A stretch of DNA of 64,000 bases, from assembly GCA_965644295.1 (NCBI GenBank), contig CBFFRP010000395.1, positions 186,001 through 250,000 of the forward strand, written 5' to 3'. Under the pieces are notes generated by a model, which was not told the origin of the DNA, ran no database searches, and worked only from the letters and a program-made list of their open reading frames with translations. The DNA comes from Paraphysomonas bandaiensis. Its lineage: Eukaryota; Protista; Chrysophyceae. Positions 50,981 to 61,215 of this stretch are shown here, piece by piece (the first letter of the stretch is position 1; every line of letters begins with the position of its first letter). A program made the position numbers and the translations under genes.

Positions 50981-52584
50981 CTATACAGAAGACGACACTG
51001 TTTTACTTTTCTTCTCTATTTTATCCAATGACTGAGCAATTGCCATCACTCTCGCTTCTTCTTTAGTGAAAATTCTATTTATCTGCATACGTACAATTAC
51101 ATAAAGAAACATCATATACTCAACAATCTAACCATAGAAAATCTCTGGAAAAGTTCTGGTATATTCTTGATCTTTTCTTCGTCTGAAGGGGGTCTCCCGT
51201 ATCGCTTCTCGAACTGGTGCTTCCATGATGATATCTTCCTTTTTATATCGTTCTTCTCCGCTTCCATATCTTTCATTGAATCCAAACTGCCTTTAACATA
51301 ATGGATAACTTCTGATCGATAGGGACGGCTAGTAGGGCTCCGTAAAACGGCAGTCGTCTTTTCACTCTCAGTTGTTTTCACGATCTGTTAGAAAACATAA
51401 GAAATTGAGAATAATGAAAGCAGTAGCCACCTCGCCATTGTTCGAGGAATGCGGTTTGTCCTCAGAAAGAGAGGAGAGGACTTCAACAGCTGATGTGTCC
51501 AAAACTATCTCAGCGGGCGTTTTATCAGGAGCTGCTTTGGTCTCGGAAGAATTTGAGCGCGGAACCTTTTTCTTTTTCTCTTTGGACTCTGCCCTCTCCA
51601 CTGACATCCCAAGAGTAAATACATGACATATCGTGTACTCCATATATTGTGTTTTACCTGTCGTTTGTAATAAAGTAGTCGGTGCGTAGTCAGATGCAAC
51701 GTAGTGTTGGTCCTGAACATCATCACAGTGCAGGACATCCCGCCAGAGCTTGCACACACAAGCCACAGTTTCGCGATCTAAATAGGACAGTACCACTCTT
51801 AACTCGTAGTTATTAAGAGTCCTATCAAAAGTAAATTATCACAGCATTCAGTAGAGATAACGAATTACCTGATATATAGTCCACGTCTGTTTGTCTCGCA
51901 TGTTTGAATCGAAGCAACAAGCTCTCTCTTTTCAGCAATGGATGCCTTAAGAATTCGTTTCTTCTGAGTCAGCTGATTTCGTAGCTTCAATATCATATTC
52001 TCCAGTTCCGTAATTTCTGTGACGCTAATACTACTAATCACAGAACTCACACCAGATAAACGCTTTTGAAGCTTTGTGAGTTGGCGGCGGTTATCCTCAA
52101 GCTGCTGTTTACTCTCGATTATACGAGGGTTGAGTTCGTCCGGAACCGGGTCCTACAGAGTTATTGAGGCAAACATATAACATATCGAAAACGTACTTGT
52201 TCAATATTTACAATGTAGGTAAGAAGTTTATTCGTAAACCACGAATATGAATTATCCCACATGAAAACAAGAGTTCCAGCACAATTAAGTTGACAAGACC
52301 CACTGATGGTTTCGATATCGCTGCATACTCGCTCAGGATAGACGACAATCTCCTCATCTCCATCGATAGAAATAAACGCAATACTAAAATTAATGTCACC
52401 ATTCTCTGTGCAAAATTCATATGAGACTGTTGAATAAGGAGCTGCAATGGGAAGTGGAAGTAGCCATTCTTTATTAACATTGATATGTGATCCATTACAC
52501 TTAAAAGAAAATGGACTTGTTTCCTGTAATGTCTGGTTATATAACATCATATTTCATTATATTTCATACTTCCGTTATATCCAT
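50981..52584 (-). CDS. GOLD domain + coiled coil + F-box-like motif + FAM13A/Sld2-like C-terminal helical motif; multi-exon
   Basis: YEFCTENGDINFSI..GTLVFMWDNSYSWFTNKLLTY (GOLD); VVLSYL..VACVCKLWR (F-box-like); IKRKISSWKHQFEKRYGRPPSDEE. Confidence 0.7.
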
Positions 52585-53226
52585 CTTGAATGAAGCTAAT
52601 CTGGTTATTTACTATCAAACTCAAGTAGTTTATATCCAACTTACTAGATAAGACAATAAGGGCTCATATACTTATTGAATGTACAGTCTATGGTGATGTA
52701 TAGGAGTGAGGGAGAGTTTGAGAGATGAAAGATTGTTGTCTGGAAAGAATATAATGAATAATAATTCTTTTTATCTAATAATTGGCAAACTCTAGAACTA
52801 TTTTGCATAAGGGTGTAAGACACAGCAGCTGTGTGTGTATATGTGTGTATATATATACAGTGTATGTACATGGATATATATATATAGCAATAGAGTGTGC
52901 AAAGTGAACCATATGTACAGAGAATGTACATACCCATTCCAAAATATCGGGAATTTTATATAAAATTCTACCAAATTCAGTTCCATACTGGAAAATCTTA
53001 CCGTTTTTTTATCTTTTCTACAAAAATCTGGAGATAAAGTGTACAATTAATGTTAAAAATACATACTTTCTAACTTCCACTTCTTACATTCATATGAGGA
53101 CGAAGAGCGAAGTGATCAAAGCATCTTCATCTATGCATGGTAAGTCCCTATAATATTAATTACTACAAATACTTCATATATAAACTATCGTAAAACTTGT
53201 ACATATATATAAGCATATACAAGAAT

Positions 53227-55245
53227 ATGTGCCTTAATCCTGCATATACTACTATGCTACACAACTCCTCTATTATAATATTATCTAATATAGAAGAAAC
53301 TAATGAAATATTTAAGAACTTAATATATAAAACAGAAGATGTATTAGATAACATCATATGTGTTGGATTTGATATGGAATGGCGTCCTATGGGGTTCATG
53401 AGTCATACTATAGAGTATACAGAGGGATATGGCAATACATCATCATCCAATCCATCTCATTCATCAAGTAACCCTGTAGCGATCATTCAATTGACTATAA
53501 GAGGAGATAGAGTCACTTCATATCTTATACGAATTGGTGCTATGCTTAGTCAAGAAAATTCACTAACTACTGATAGAGTTAACAAGCTCAGTGGTCTGAT
53601 AAGATTTCTACAGCATCCTGGTATACTTAAACTAGGGGTTGGGATATCATATGATGCAAAGAAACTTCTCACGGATTATGGTATTCAATTGCAAGGAGCT
53701 GTTGAGTTGGGGAAAGTTGTTGAACGAATGCGTGCTGTTGATATCGATGTTGCAAGTTCATGCGCTATTTCAGCAGGCTCATCTCTTCAGGCAATCATTC
53801 AAAGTGTTTGTGGGGTGGTGATACCGAAGGATCGAAAAGTTCAATGCAGTGATTGGGAGGCGGAAATACTAAGTGAAGAGCAGGTTCTTTATGCTGCCTC
53901 AGACTCATACTATGCACTCATTGTCTGGGAGCGGCTGCTGCAATTGTATGCTGACTGTAATGGTGGGAGTTGTGCTCGACGTGTAGTGGAAGAACTAGTT
54001 TCAGGCCTGATAGATACAGGGCCCGCTCGCGCACCTGGTGGGGGAGGCAGTTCAACTACTAGTAACTTAGGGTCACCAAAAAAGGAGGGTCGAAGTGCCA
54101 AGGATGCCCTTACCGCTTCGAAATCGCCTATATATGAGTGTTGCGCACTGGTTAGTCGGGAAGGACAATTTTTGAGCTACTGCGACCTGAAGCGTCTCAC
54201 CTGGTATCTGCGTAAGGGTCTAGCGGAGGAGCTGGGGGAACAGGATGTGACAGAGTACATACGTCGAGGGGAGGTGGATCCCTCGTTGGGAAATGGTCGG
54301 GGACGGGTGATTCGACTTAAATTTGAGGCGGCAGGAGATGGAAATGCGAGCGATGCGTATAAGAGACAGAAGCTGCAGAATAAGTGCGTGGTGTGTGGTA
54401 TCGAGCAGAAGTTGAGCTCTCATGAGGACGAGAAAACTGAAGCCAATAACGATAGATTATTGTTACACCATCACGTTGTACCTAAAGCTTACAGAAGAGT
54501 GTTTCCCGACTGTATGGTGTCACGGAACAATCACGACATCTTGCCCATGTGCAAGGACTGCAAGTCCGTGGCTTCCTCATTATATTCTGCAAAGATGCAC
54601 GCATTGGAGCTCCACCACATCGGGCCTCAACATCGTGCTGAAGTTGTTTATTCTCAATGTCACTCGAAGGGGACCACTACACTGCGACAGAACTTTGGCA
54701 AGGTGCGTGGCCTATGTAGATCACTTCTTGACTCCTCTACTATGACGAAAAAGGTAAAGGTGTCAGCACCAGATGGGAGTCAGGTTGTCAAAGCAGTGCC
54801 AGTGGACGTCGATAAAGCTAATCAGATTAGATATAGTATATTTCAGTCGTTGAAAACGTTCTGCTGTGAAAAGATTGACGCCAGCCTCTACAGTAGTGTC
54901 AATCTATCCAACGATGAAATAGATATATGTGCCGCTGTCTGTAGACTTGAACCTAGTGATTCTCACGGGATAGAGACTTTTTTGGACAGTTTTAAAACCC
55001 TGACAGATAAAGCGTTAGATAGCCTGGCCAATACTGGCGGAAAAGAGGAGACCGAGCCTCGAACCCTTGAGGCCCTTGTCGTTGAGAAAATAATTCAGCC
55101 CCACTCTTTGAAGGACGACCAGACGTTGTACATTCCCGCGCTTCAGCAATTTGAGTCAATGTGGCGAAGGTTCTTCTTGGAAAGTATGAAGCCGCAGCAT
55201 ATGCCGCCCCATTGGAGCGTCGAGTACAAGCACAGCGCCTCATAG
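53227..55245 (+). CDS. EXD2: EXD2-like 3'-5' exonuclease (DEDDy) with C-terminal HNH-like domain
   Basis: VGFDMEW, GISYDAKKL, SDWE..LSEEQVLYAASD; PIYECC..G..L..CD.KR..WYLRKGLA; CVVC..HHVVP..HDILPMCKDC. The start codon choice is uncertain. Confidence 0.88.
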   Translation: MCLNPAYTTMLHNSSIIILSNIEETNEIFKNLIYKTEDVLDNIICVGFDMEWRPMGFMSHTIEYTEGYGNTSSSNPSHSSSNPVAIIQLTIRGDRVTSYLIRIGAMLSQENSLTTDRVNKLSGLIRFLQHPGILKLGVGISYDAKKLLTDYGIQLQGAVELGKVVERMRAVDIDVASSCAISAGSSLQAIIQSVCGVVIPKDRKVQCSDWEAEILSEEQVLYAASDSYYALIVWERLLQLYADCNGGSCARRVVEELVSGLIDTGPARAPGGGGSSTTSNLGSPKKEGRSAKDALTASKSPIYECCALVSREGQFLSYCDLKRLTWYLRKGLAEELGEQDVTEYIRRGEVDPSLGNGRGRVIRLKFEAAGDGNASDAYKRQKLQNKCVVCGIEQKLSSHEDEKTEANNDRLLLHHHVVPKAYRRVFPDCMVSRNNHDILPMCKDCKSVASSLYSAKMHALELHHIGPQHRAEVVYSQCHSKGTTTLRQNFGKVRGLCRSLLDSSTMTKKVKVSAPDGSQVVKAVPVDVDKANQIRYSIFQSLKTFCCEKIDASLYSSVNLSNDEIDICAAVCRLEPSDSHGIETFLDSFKTLTDKALDSLANTGGKEETEPRTLEALVVEKIIQPHSLKDDQTLYIPALQQFESMWRRFFLESMKPQHMPPHWSVEYKHSAS

Positions 55246-55615
55246 ACCCCGCGGTTGATGTATGATGTCACTCTGAATGCCGGAGGCAATCGATCTGTGC
55301 GAATCAGTTTTATGTCTATAATGTACTTTTATATATATTTCGTTTTTGATTGGATTATAGTTACTAGACTGCTACTATATACAGTATTCCGCGACATTTT
55401 TGTGTATTGCATGTAGCAATTATTATTTTACATTCATTGGATTCGTATTCATCCAATGAGTAGTGTTTATTCTAACGAGTAGTCCATATCTGTAAATTTA
55501 GTACTAACATTGGGTCAGATTTGAAGACATTCTTCATTCCTACCCTACCTTTTAAGAATACAGTTAATGTTGTGCATTGTGGATCAGGTTTAAAACAGGA
55601 GAGTAGCTATATGTT

Positions 55616-56196
55616 TGTAGCAAAATTGGGTATGTCAAGTATGGGTGATTTAGGAGGTTGTTATGGCTGAAGAATAAGATGAAGTGATGTAGGTTGTAGT
55701 ATGAAATGAGATGTAGATGGTAGTTATGATTAGATCAGAAGATACGAGTATTAAGGCCAGATATAAGGTTGGAGTGTACCGGAACTACCCGTACATACGG
55801 ATGTAACGGACGGTCATGGTAACCCGTACAGTATTATGATGGTATACGTAGGTATTCTGTAGGATGATATAGGAGTAGATAGCAGGATGTTAAGGGATTT
55901 CTATATGATTATTTCTGGAAGTAGAAAACTAGCTATTTATGGCTGGGAAACCACTTCTAGAATTAACTATGGGGATATAGGTAGAAGGATATGGAGTTTT
56001 AGATATAATAGTGAAAGTTGATATTGTAGTTGTTGAAAGTTAAGAAGTAGCGAAGTAAAGAGTAAGAAGAGGAAGTTAATTGAAGAGTGTTGTGAGAAGA
56101 CTATCCTACCCCACATCACCTGTGCACATGGACAGGGATGATAAGACCAGCAATGTTAGTCATGATAGCGAGGCTCAATCACCCGTAGTCGTTACA
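55616..56196 (+). repeat. 5' LTR (581 bp) of the Gag-PR element
   Basis: TGTAGC...GTTACA, direct repeat of 59596-60176. Confidence 0.95.
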
Positions 56197-59100
56197 CTTG
56201 GTGGACAACGTGGGCTGGGTACAGTGGTTGAGAGTGATCAACTCAGCCATGCGTCACCCAGCGCACTATCGGCACGATCTCGGAGAGAGCCTTTGCCAGA
56301 AGAGGGAAACATTGAGAGTATCAGCCTAGACCATGAGGGAGAGGAGAGACAGGAGACTAAGGAGGAACTGCGGTCCCATGCACAGAAGGACCTATTGGAG
56401 CACGGGCTGAGGATGCAGAGTATGGATGATAAGAAAGGTGGAACCCAACCCAATTGGTCTGGAAGGTCTACAGAGCAGATAGAATGGATGCGTGATCCTA
56501 TTCTTGGAGGCAGAGACCTGGAGATGGGGGATAGGAGTAGTAGAGATGATATGAAGAGCTCGTGGAGGAGCACAGGAAGAGAAGAGAAGATTAAAAGAAG
56601 AGATGTTTACGCAAGAGCAGATGATGTAAGGGGCCCATTAGGAGGTCCTGGAGATAATTATATGAAAGATGAAGATTTAAGGGGCCCGTTAGGAGGTCCT
56701 GGATATGCCAGAAGAGATGATTATATGAAAGATGAAGATTTGAAGGGCCCATCAGGAGGTCCTAGATATAGTAGAAGAGAGGATTATGCAACTGAAGAAG
56801 ATATGAGGGGCCCATCAGGAGGTCCTAGATATAGTAGAAGAGATGAGTATGCAAGTGCAGAAGATGTGAGGGGCCCATCAGGAGGTCCTGGATATAGTAA
56901 AAGAGAGGATTATGTGAGAGAAGTGAATTTTAGGGACCTATCCAGAGGTCTTGGTGAAGAGATAGAAAAGCAGATGAGAGTACCTGAATGGCTGGTGGAG
57001 CCTAGTAGAGAACGGAGTGTAAAAGGACAGATTGGGAGATTAAGTAGAAGTGTACAGAGTGAAAGAGAGTTGCACCGACTGTTGATGAGAGAATTAGAGA
57101 TAGGAGTAGGGAATGAAGGGTTGACTGCAGCGCACCGTCAGGCGTGTGAATATTGGCTCCGGAATCGAAGTAGACTATTGAGTGGTAGTATGAAGACGGG
57201 TATAAAGATGCTCAGCCAGCTGACTGAACTAAACCGAATAGGGGAGAGGATACAGTATGTGGAGGCTCAGCAAGAGGCGCTGTTAGCTGCTAGGAAGGAG
57301 TTATCAGAGAAGGCAAGGATGTTGTGGATACAAAAAGGAGAGAGCATGTGTGATAGTAATAGAAGGATCTTAGACAGGATGCGTGTAATGGAGGAAGTTG
57401 ATGAAACAGATAGTGATGACTGGGAGAACGACGCAGGAGTATATATTAAGGGAGTTATGAGAGGGCCTTTATCAGGAATACAGACTATGACACGGGAAGA
57501 AGCAGAGACATGTGGATATAAGACATTCTGCCGCTGGTGCAATATGGTGGGAAAGGAGTACAAGAGTAGTCTGGATAGGCAGTTAGAGGAAAAGTGTCAG
57601 AGTTTTCTGAGGACTCGGAATGTTGCGCAGCATGTGTTTGACTTGTTAGGGAAGATACCCATACCTCGATGGATGAGGATGGAGACCGCAGGAAAGCTGA
57701 GATTCCAACCTATAGACTTTGATGCTTTAGGACGCTCAACAGGAATGGTGAAGAGAGTGGATTGTGTCCAGTTCTTTGATAGTCTTTATGCAGCAGCGCA
57801 TACTGCGAATATGTCACCCATGAGAATATTAGCGGAGATAAGAGGAGGAACAGTATTCAAAGGAGAGTTAGCTGAAGAGGTGAGATGGAGAATGGCATCA
57901 GGTGACTTCGAGATGGACATAGATAGGAACAGACGAGCAGAGGAGACCCCTGAGACGGATGTTGTGGCATGGGGATATGCACTGTATCAGTTCTCCATAT
58001 TGTTTACAGAAGCCTTCGGGGTAAAGATGGATCCTGCAGTATTAATGATGGAGATCGATAGGTTCGAGTTATCCGACGAATCACCACAGGCGTTTGAGAA
58101 GTCTCTGATGGAGTTAAGATATTTAATTACGCAAGCGGGAGTAACTGAGCCAGAGAGAGAGTTATATCACAAGTTCAAGGTGAAGACTATAGATATGCCA
58201 CGAGTAGGTAAAAGAGTAGCAGATGAAGTGGAGAGCATTATCCAAATAAAGCAGTGTATGGGAGTGAGGAACGTGCAATATGATCGGAACTTTTTAGTGT
58301 CTACTGTTGCACAGATTGTACCTCGGATAGTGGATCAAGACAGTCTTAACAGTAAGAATGAGAAGGTGATAAGGTCGCATGGAGTGTATGCGGGAAGAGC
58401 AGTTCCAGAAAAGTGTGAACGTAGGATAGATGGACTAGAAAGAAGTACTCGACCATGGAAGTTCCTTAAGTGTGAGACATGTGGGTTTAAACACTATATG
58501 AACCGTTTTTGTCCATTTAGAGATGATAGGAAGAAAGATGATGGGACATATATGAAATGTGCGGAGTTTAACGGATATAAGCCATGGAGATTTGCTAAGT
58601 TTGAGGCGAAGACTTTAGAGAAGATATTTGAGGTCATGAAGCAAAATAGCAAGGCGTGGCAAGAACTTGGAGATGTGTTGAAAAGAAAATTCGTACAAAT
58701 GGTAGCCGATGCAAAAGAAGAGCAGGTGAAGAGTATGAGGAATGTCTTACATCATGTGCGGACCGTAGGAGAGCCGACCAAGGAAAGGGTAGAGGAAACC
58801 AGAGGATTAGAGACGGTGAAGTCAGAAGATGGAAACCAGCAAGTGTCTAATAGAAAAGTCAGTGTGGCACATACGATGACGTCACCGGCACAACATGATG
58901 ATAAGAAGATAAGGATGGATACTTTAACTTGGTGGTGTGGAGAAGCGATTGTAAGAGGAGAGACAATACCGATGGCAATTCATGTGGATGGTGGATCAGA
59001 AGGAGCATTCATGCATGAAGGGCTAGCAGAGGAAATGGGTTTAGAAGTTCATGAGTATCCAAGGGATCAACAATACCTGGTGATGGGAGCTACAGGACAA

Positions 59101-59505
59101 GGAAGATGTCCGGAACGAGTGACAAAGTATGTATATCTATGTATGCGGATAGACGGAGTGGAGTATTATGGTGAAATGTTGGGAGAATTGAAGACTGGAC
59201 ATCCGATACAGAGCATATGGAAGTGTAAGTTTGATCTGATACCTAATATGACGGCTTCATGCTTATGGGGAGGAGCGGAAGTGAAGGAGTTGAAAGAGCA
59301 TCGTGCCTTTGTGGTGAGAACACCAGAGGGTATACCTGTTGTCATGAAAGGAAAGTCATACGCAGAAACAATGAAATGGATGGCTAAGACGAGACATCGG
59401 GTAGCAGAACATCCAGTGTATCAAGGTAATATCACGGAAGGACGGAGGGTCAATACTGTGTGGAAGATAAGCCAATACCCTAACCAGTACTGTGTAAGAC
59501 AATGA
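56128..59505 (+). CDS. Giant Gag-protease polyprotein (~1,125 aa from the first ATG)
   Basis: Uninterrupted ORF; variant zinc knuckle CETCGFKHYMNRFC; retropepsin-like IHVDGGSEGAFMHEGLAEEMGL..VMGATG. Confidence 0.8.
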   Translation: MDRDDKTSNVSHDSEAQSPVVVTLGGQRGLGTVVESDQLSHASPSALSARSRREPLPEEGNIESISLDHEGEERQETKEELRSHAQKDLLEHGLRMQSMDDKKGGTQPNWSGRSTEQIEWMRDPILGGRDLEMGDRSSRDDMKSSWRSTGREEKIKRRDVYARADDVRGPLGGPGDNYMKDEDLRGPLGGPGYARRDDYMKDEDLKGPSGGPRYSRREDYATEEDMRGPSGGPRYSRRDEYASAEDVRGPSGGPGYSKREDYVREVNFRDLSRGLGEEIEKQMRVPEWLVEPSRERSVKGQIGRLSRSVQSERELHRLLMRELEIGVGNEGLTAAHRQACEYWLRNRSRLLSGSMKTGIKMLSQLTELNRIGERIQYVEAQQEALLAARKELSEKARMLWIQKGESMCDSNRRILDRMRVMEEVDETDSDDWENDAGVYIKGVMRGPLSGIQTMTREEAETCGYKTFCRWCNMVGKEYKSSLDRQLEEKCQSFLRTRNVAQHVFDLLGKIPIPRWMRMETAGKLRFQPIDFDALGRSTGMVKRVDCVQFFDSLYAAAHTANMSPMRILAEIRGGTVFKGELAEEVRWRMASGDFEMDIDRNRRAEETPETDVVAWGYALYQFSILFTEAFGVKMDPAVLMMEIDRFELSDESPQAFEKSLMELRYLITQAGVTEPERELYHKFKVKTIDMPRVGKRVADEVESIIQIKQCMGVRNVQYDRNFLVSTVAQIVPRIVDQDSLNSKNEKVIRSHGVYAGRAVPEKCERRIDGLERSTRPWKFLKCETCGFKHYMNRFCPFRDDRKKDDGTYMKCAEFNGYKPWRFAKFEAKTLEKIFEVMKQNSKAWQELGDVLKRKFVQMVADAKEEQVKSMRNVLHHVRTVGEPTKERVEETRGLETVKSEDGNQQVSNRKVSVAHTMTSPAQHDDKKIRMDTLTWWCGEAIVRGETIPMAIHVDGGSEGAFMHEGLAEEMGLEVHEYPRDQQYLVMGATGQGRCPERVTKYVYLCMRIDGVEYYGEMLGELKTGHPIQSIWKCKFDLIPNMTASCLWGGAEVKELKEHRAFVVRTPEGIPVVMKGKSYAETMKWMAKTRHRVAEHPVYQGNITEGRRVNTVWKISQYPNQYCVRQ
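56199..56214 (+). other. Primer-binding site TGGTGGACAACGTGGG (tRNA-Ala-like 3' end)
   Basis: 2 nt after the 5' LTR; TGGTGGA is complementary to the UCCACCA end typical of tRNA-Ala. Confidence 0.7.
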
Positions 59506-59595
59506 TACAGGATGAATCTGTAAGAGTTCAAGTGGTCAATATGAAGCCAGATCGTTATGTTGTTGGACCTATTCAGGTCTTGGATTAGGGGGAAG

Positions 59596-60176
59596 TGTAG
59601 CAAAATTGGGTATGTCAAGTATGGGTGATTTAGGAGGTTGTTATGGCTGAAGAATAAGATGAAGTGATGTAGGTTGTAGTATGAAATGAGATGTAGATGG
59701 TAGTTATGATTAGATCAGAAGATACGAGTATTAAGGCCAGATATAGGGTTGGAGTGTACCGGAACTACCCGTACATACGGATGTAACGGACGGTCATGGT
59801 AACCCGTACAGTATTATGATGGTATACGTAGGTATTCTGTAGGATGATATAGGAGTAGATAGCAGGATGTTAAGGGATTTCTATATGATTATTTCTGGAA
59901 GTAGAAAACTAGCTATTTATGGCTGGGAAACCACTTCTAGAATTAACTATGGGGATATAGGTAGAAGGATATGGAGTTTTAGATATAATAGTGAAAGTTG
60001 ATATTGTAGTTGTTGAAAGTTAAGAAGTAGCGAAGTAAAGAGTAAGAAGAGGAAGTTAAGTGAAGAGTGTTGTGAGAAGACTATCCTACCCCACATCACC
60101 TGTGCACATGGACAGGGATGATAAGACCAGCAATGTTAGTCATGATAGCGAGGCTCAATCACCCGTAGTCGTTACA
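59596..60176 (+). repeat. 3' LTR (581 bp) of the Gag-PR element
   Basis: Preceded by the PPT and followed by TSD TGTT. Confidence 0.95.
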
Positions 60177-61215
60177 TGTTGTTGAAGAAATACAGAACCA
60201 GGGAAACGTTAATTGAGTGCATAAATTATATACTGTTAATCTGAGCAATTCATAGAGTTCTCCAATCACTTTCCTTCTATGTTCTAGATAGTTGCTTACC
60301 TATCTTCCGTTGGATGCATCTTTTACACATGCATATATAGTTTTCTGTTCTCTGATACATAGTTGTTGGACGATATAATGTCCAATCACATGACTGTATC
60401 GTATAATGATTGGTGAAATTGTCATAAACACACTGTATTGTGGTATTAGGCTGTGTTTTATATGTAAACGATATTTTTGTGTATTGCATGTAGCAATTAT
60501 TATTTTACATTCATTGGATTCGTATTCATCCAATGAGTAGTGTTTATTCTAACGAGTAGTCCATATCTGTAAATTTAATACTAACATTGGGTCCGATTTG
60601 AAGACATTCTTCATTCCTACCCTACCTTTTAAGAATACAGTTAATGTTGTGCATTGTGGATCAGGTTTAAAACAGGAGAGTAGCTATATGTTGCTGAAGA
60701 AATACAGAACCAGGGAAACGTTAATTGAGTGCATAAATTATATACTGTTAATCTGAGCAATTCATAGAGTTCTCCAATCACTTTCCTTCTATGTTCTAGA
60801 TAGTTGCTTACCTATCTTCCGTTGGATGCATCTTTTACACATGCATATATAGTTTTCTGTTCTCTGATACATAGTTGTTGGACGATATAATGTCCAATCA
60901 TATGACTGTATCGTATAATGATTGGTGAAATTGTCATAGACACACTGTATTGTGGCTGTATAAGTAAACTCTGGATGGTGGTACACACATACACAGCAGT
61001 CAGTAGACAATAGCCATTCTGTATACCGGTATACGGTATACCACTATTGGCTGACGTACTGATATACTGCTGTATATACGTACACTGTACAGTGATAGAG
61101 CGCCTGCTGTGTATGTGTTAAAGTACTCTACTCTACTCTATCCTCTGCTGACTATCATACATCACCATGAGATGTTCCTGTGTAGGTTGATAGTCTCTTA
61201 CACTCTTCGTCTCTC

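Larger units (their letters stand above)
55616..60176 (+). mobile_element. Non-autonomous LTR retrotransposon encoding only Gag + aspartic protease (gypsy-like by inference)
   Basis: 581-bp LTRs TG...CA (55616-56196, 59596-60176; two substitutions seen), TSD TGTT, PBS, PPT AGGGGGAAG at 59587-59595; no RT/RH/IN motifs. Confidence 0.93.
55392..60955 (+). repeat. Tandem duplication, 512-bp period; unit 1 (55392-55615 + 60181-60468) is split by the LTR element, unit 2 (60469-60955) is uninterrupted
   Basis: Near-identical sequence; 60181 corresponds to 60693. Confidence 0.93.
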
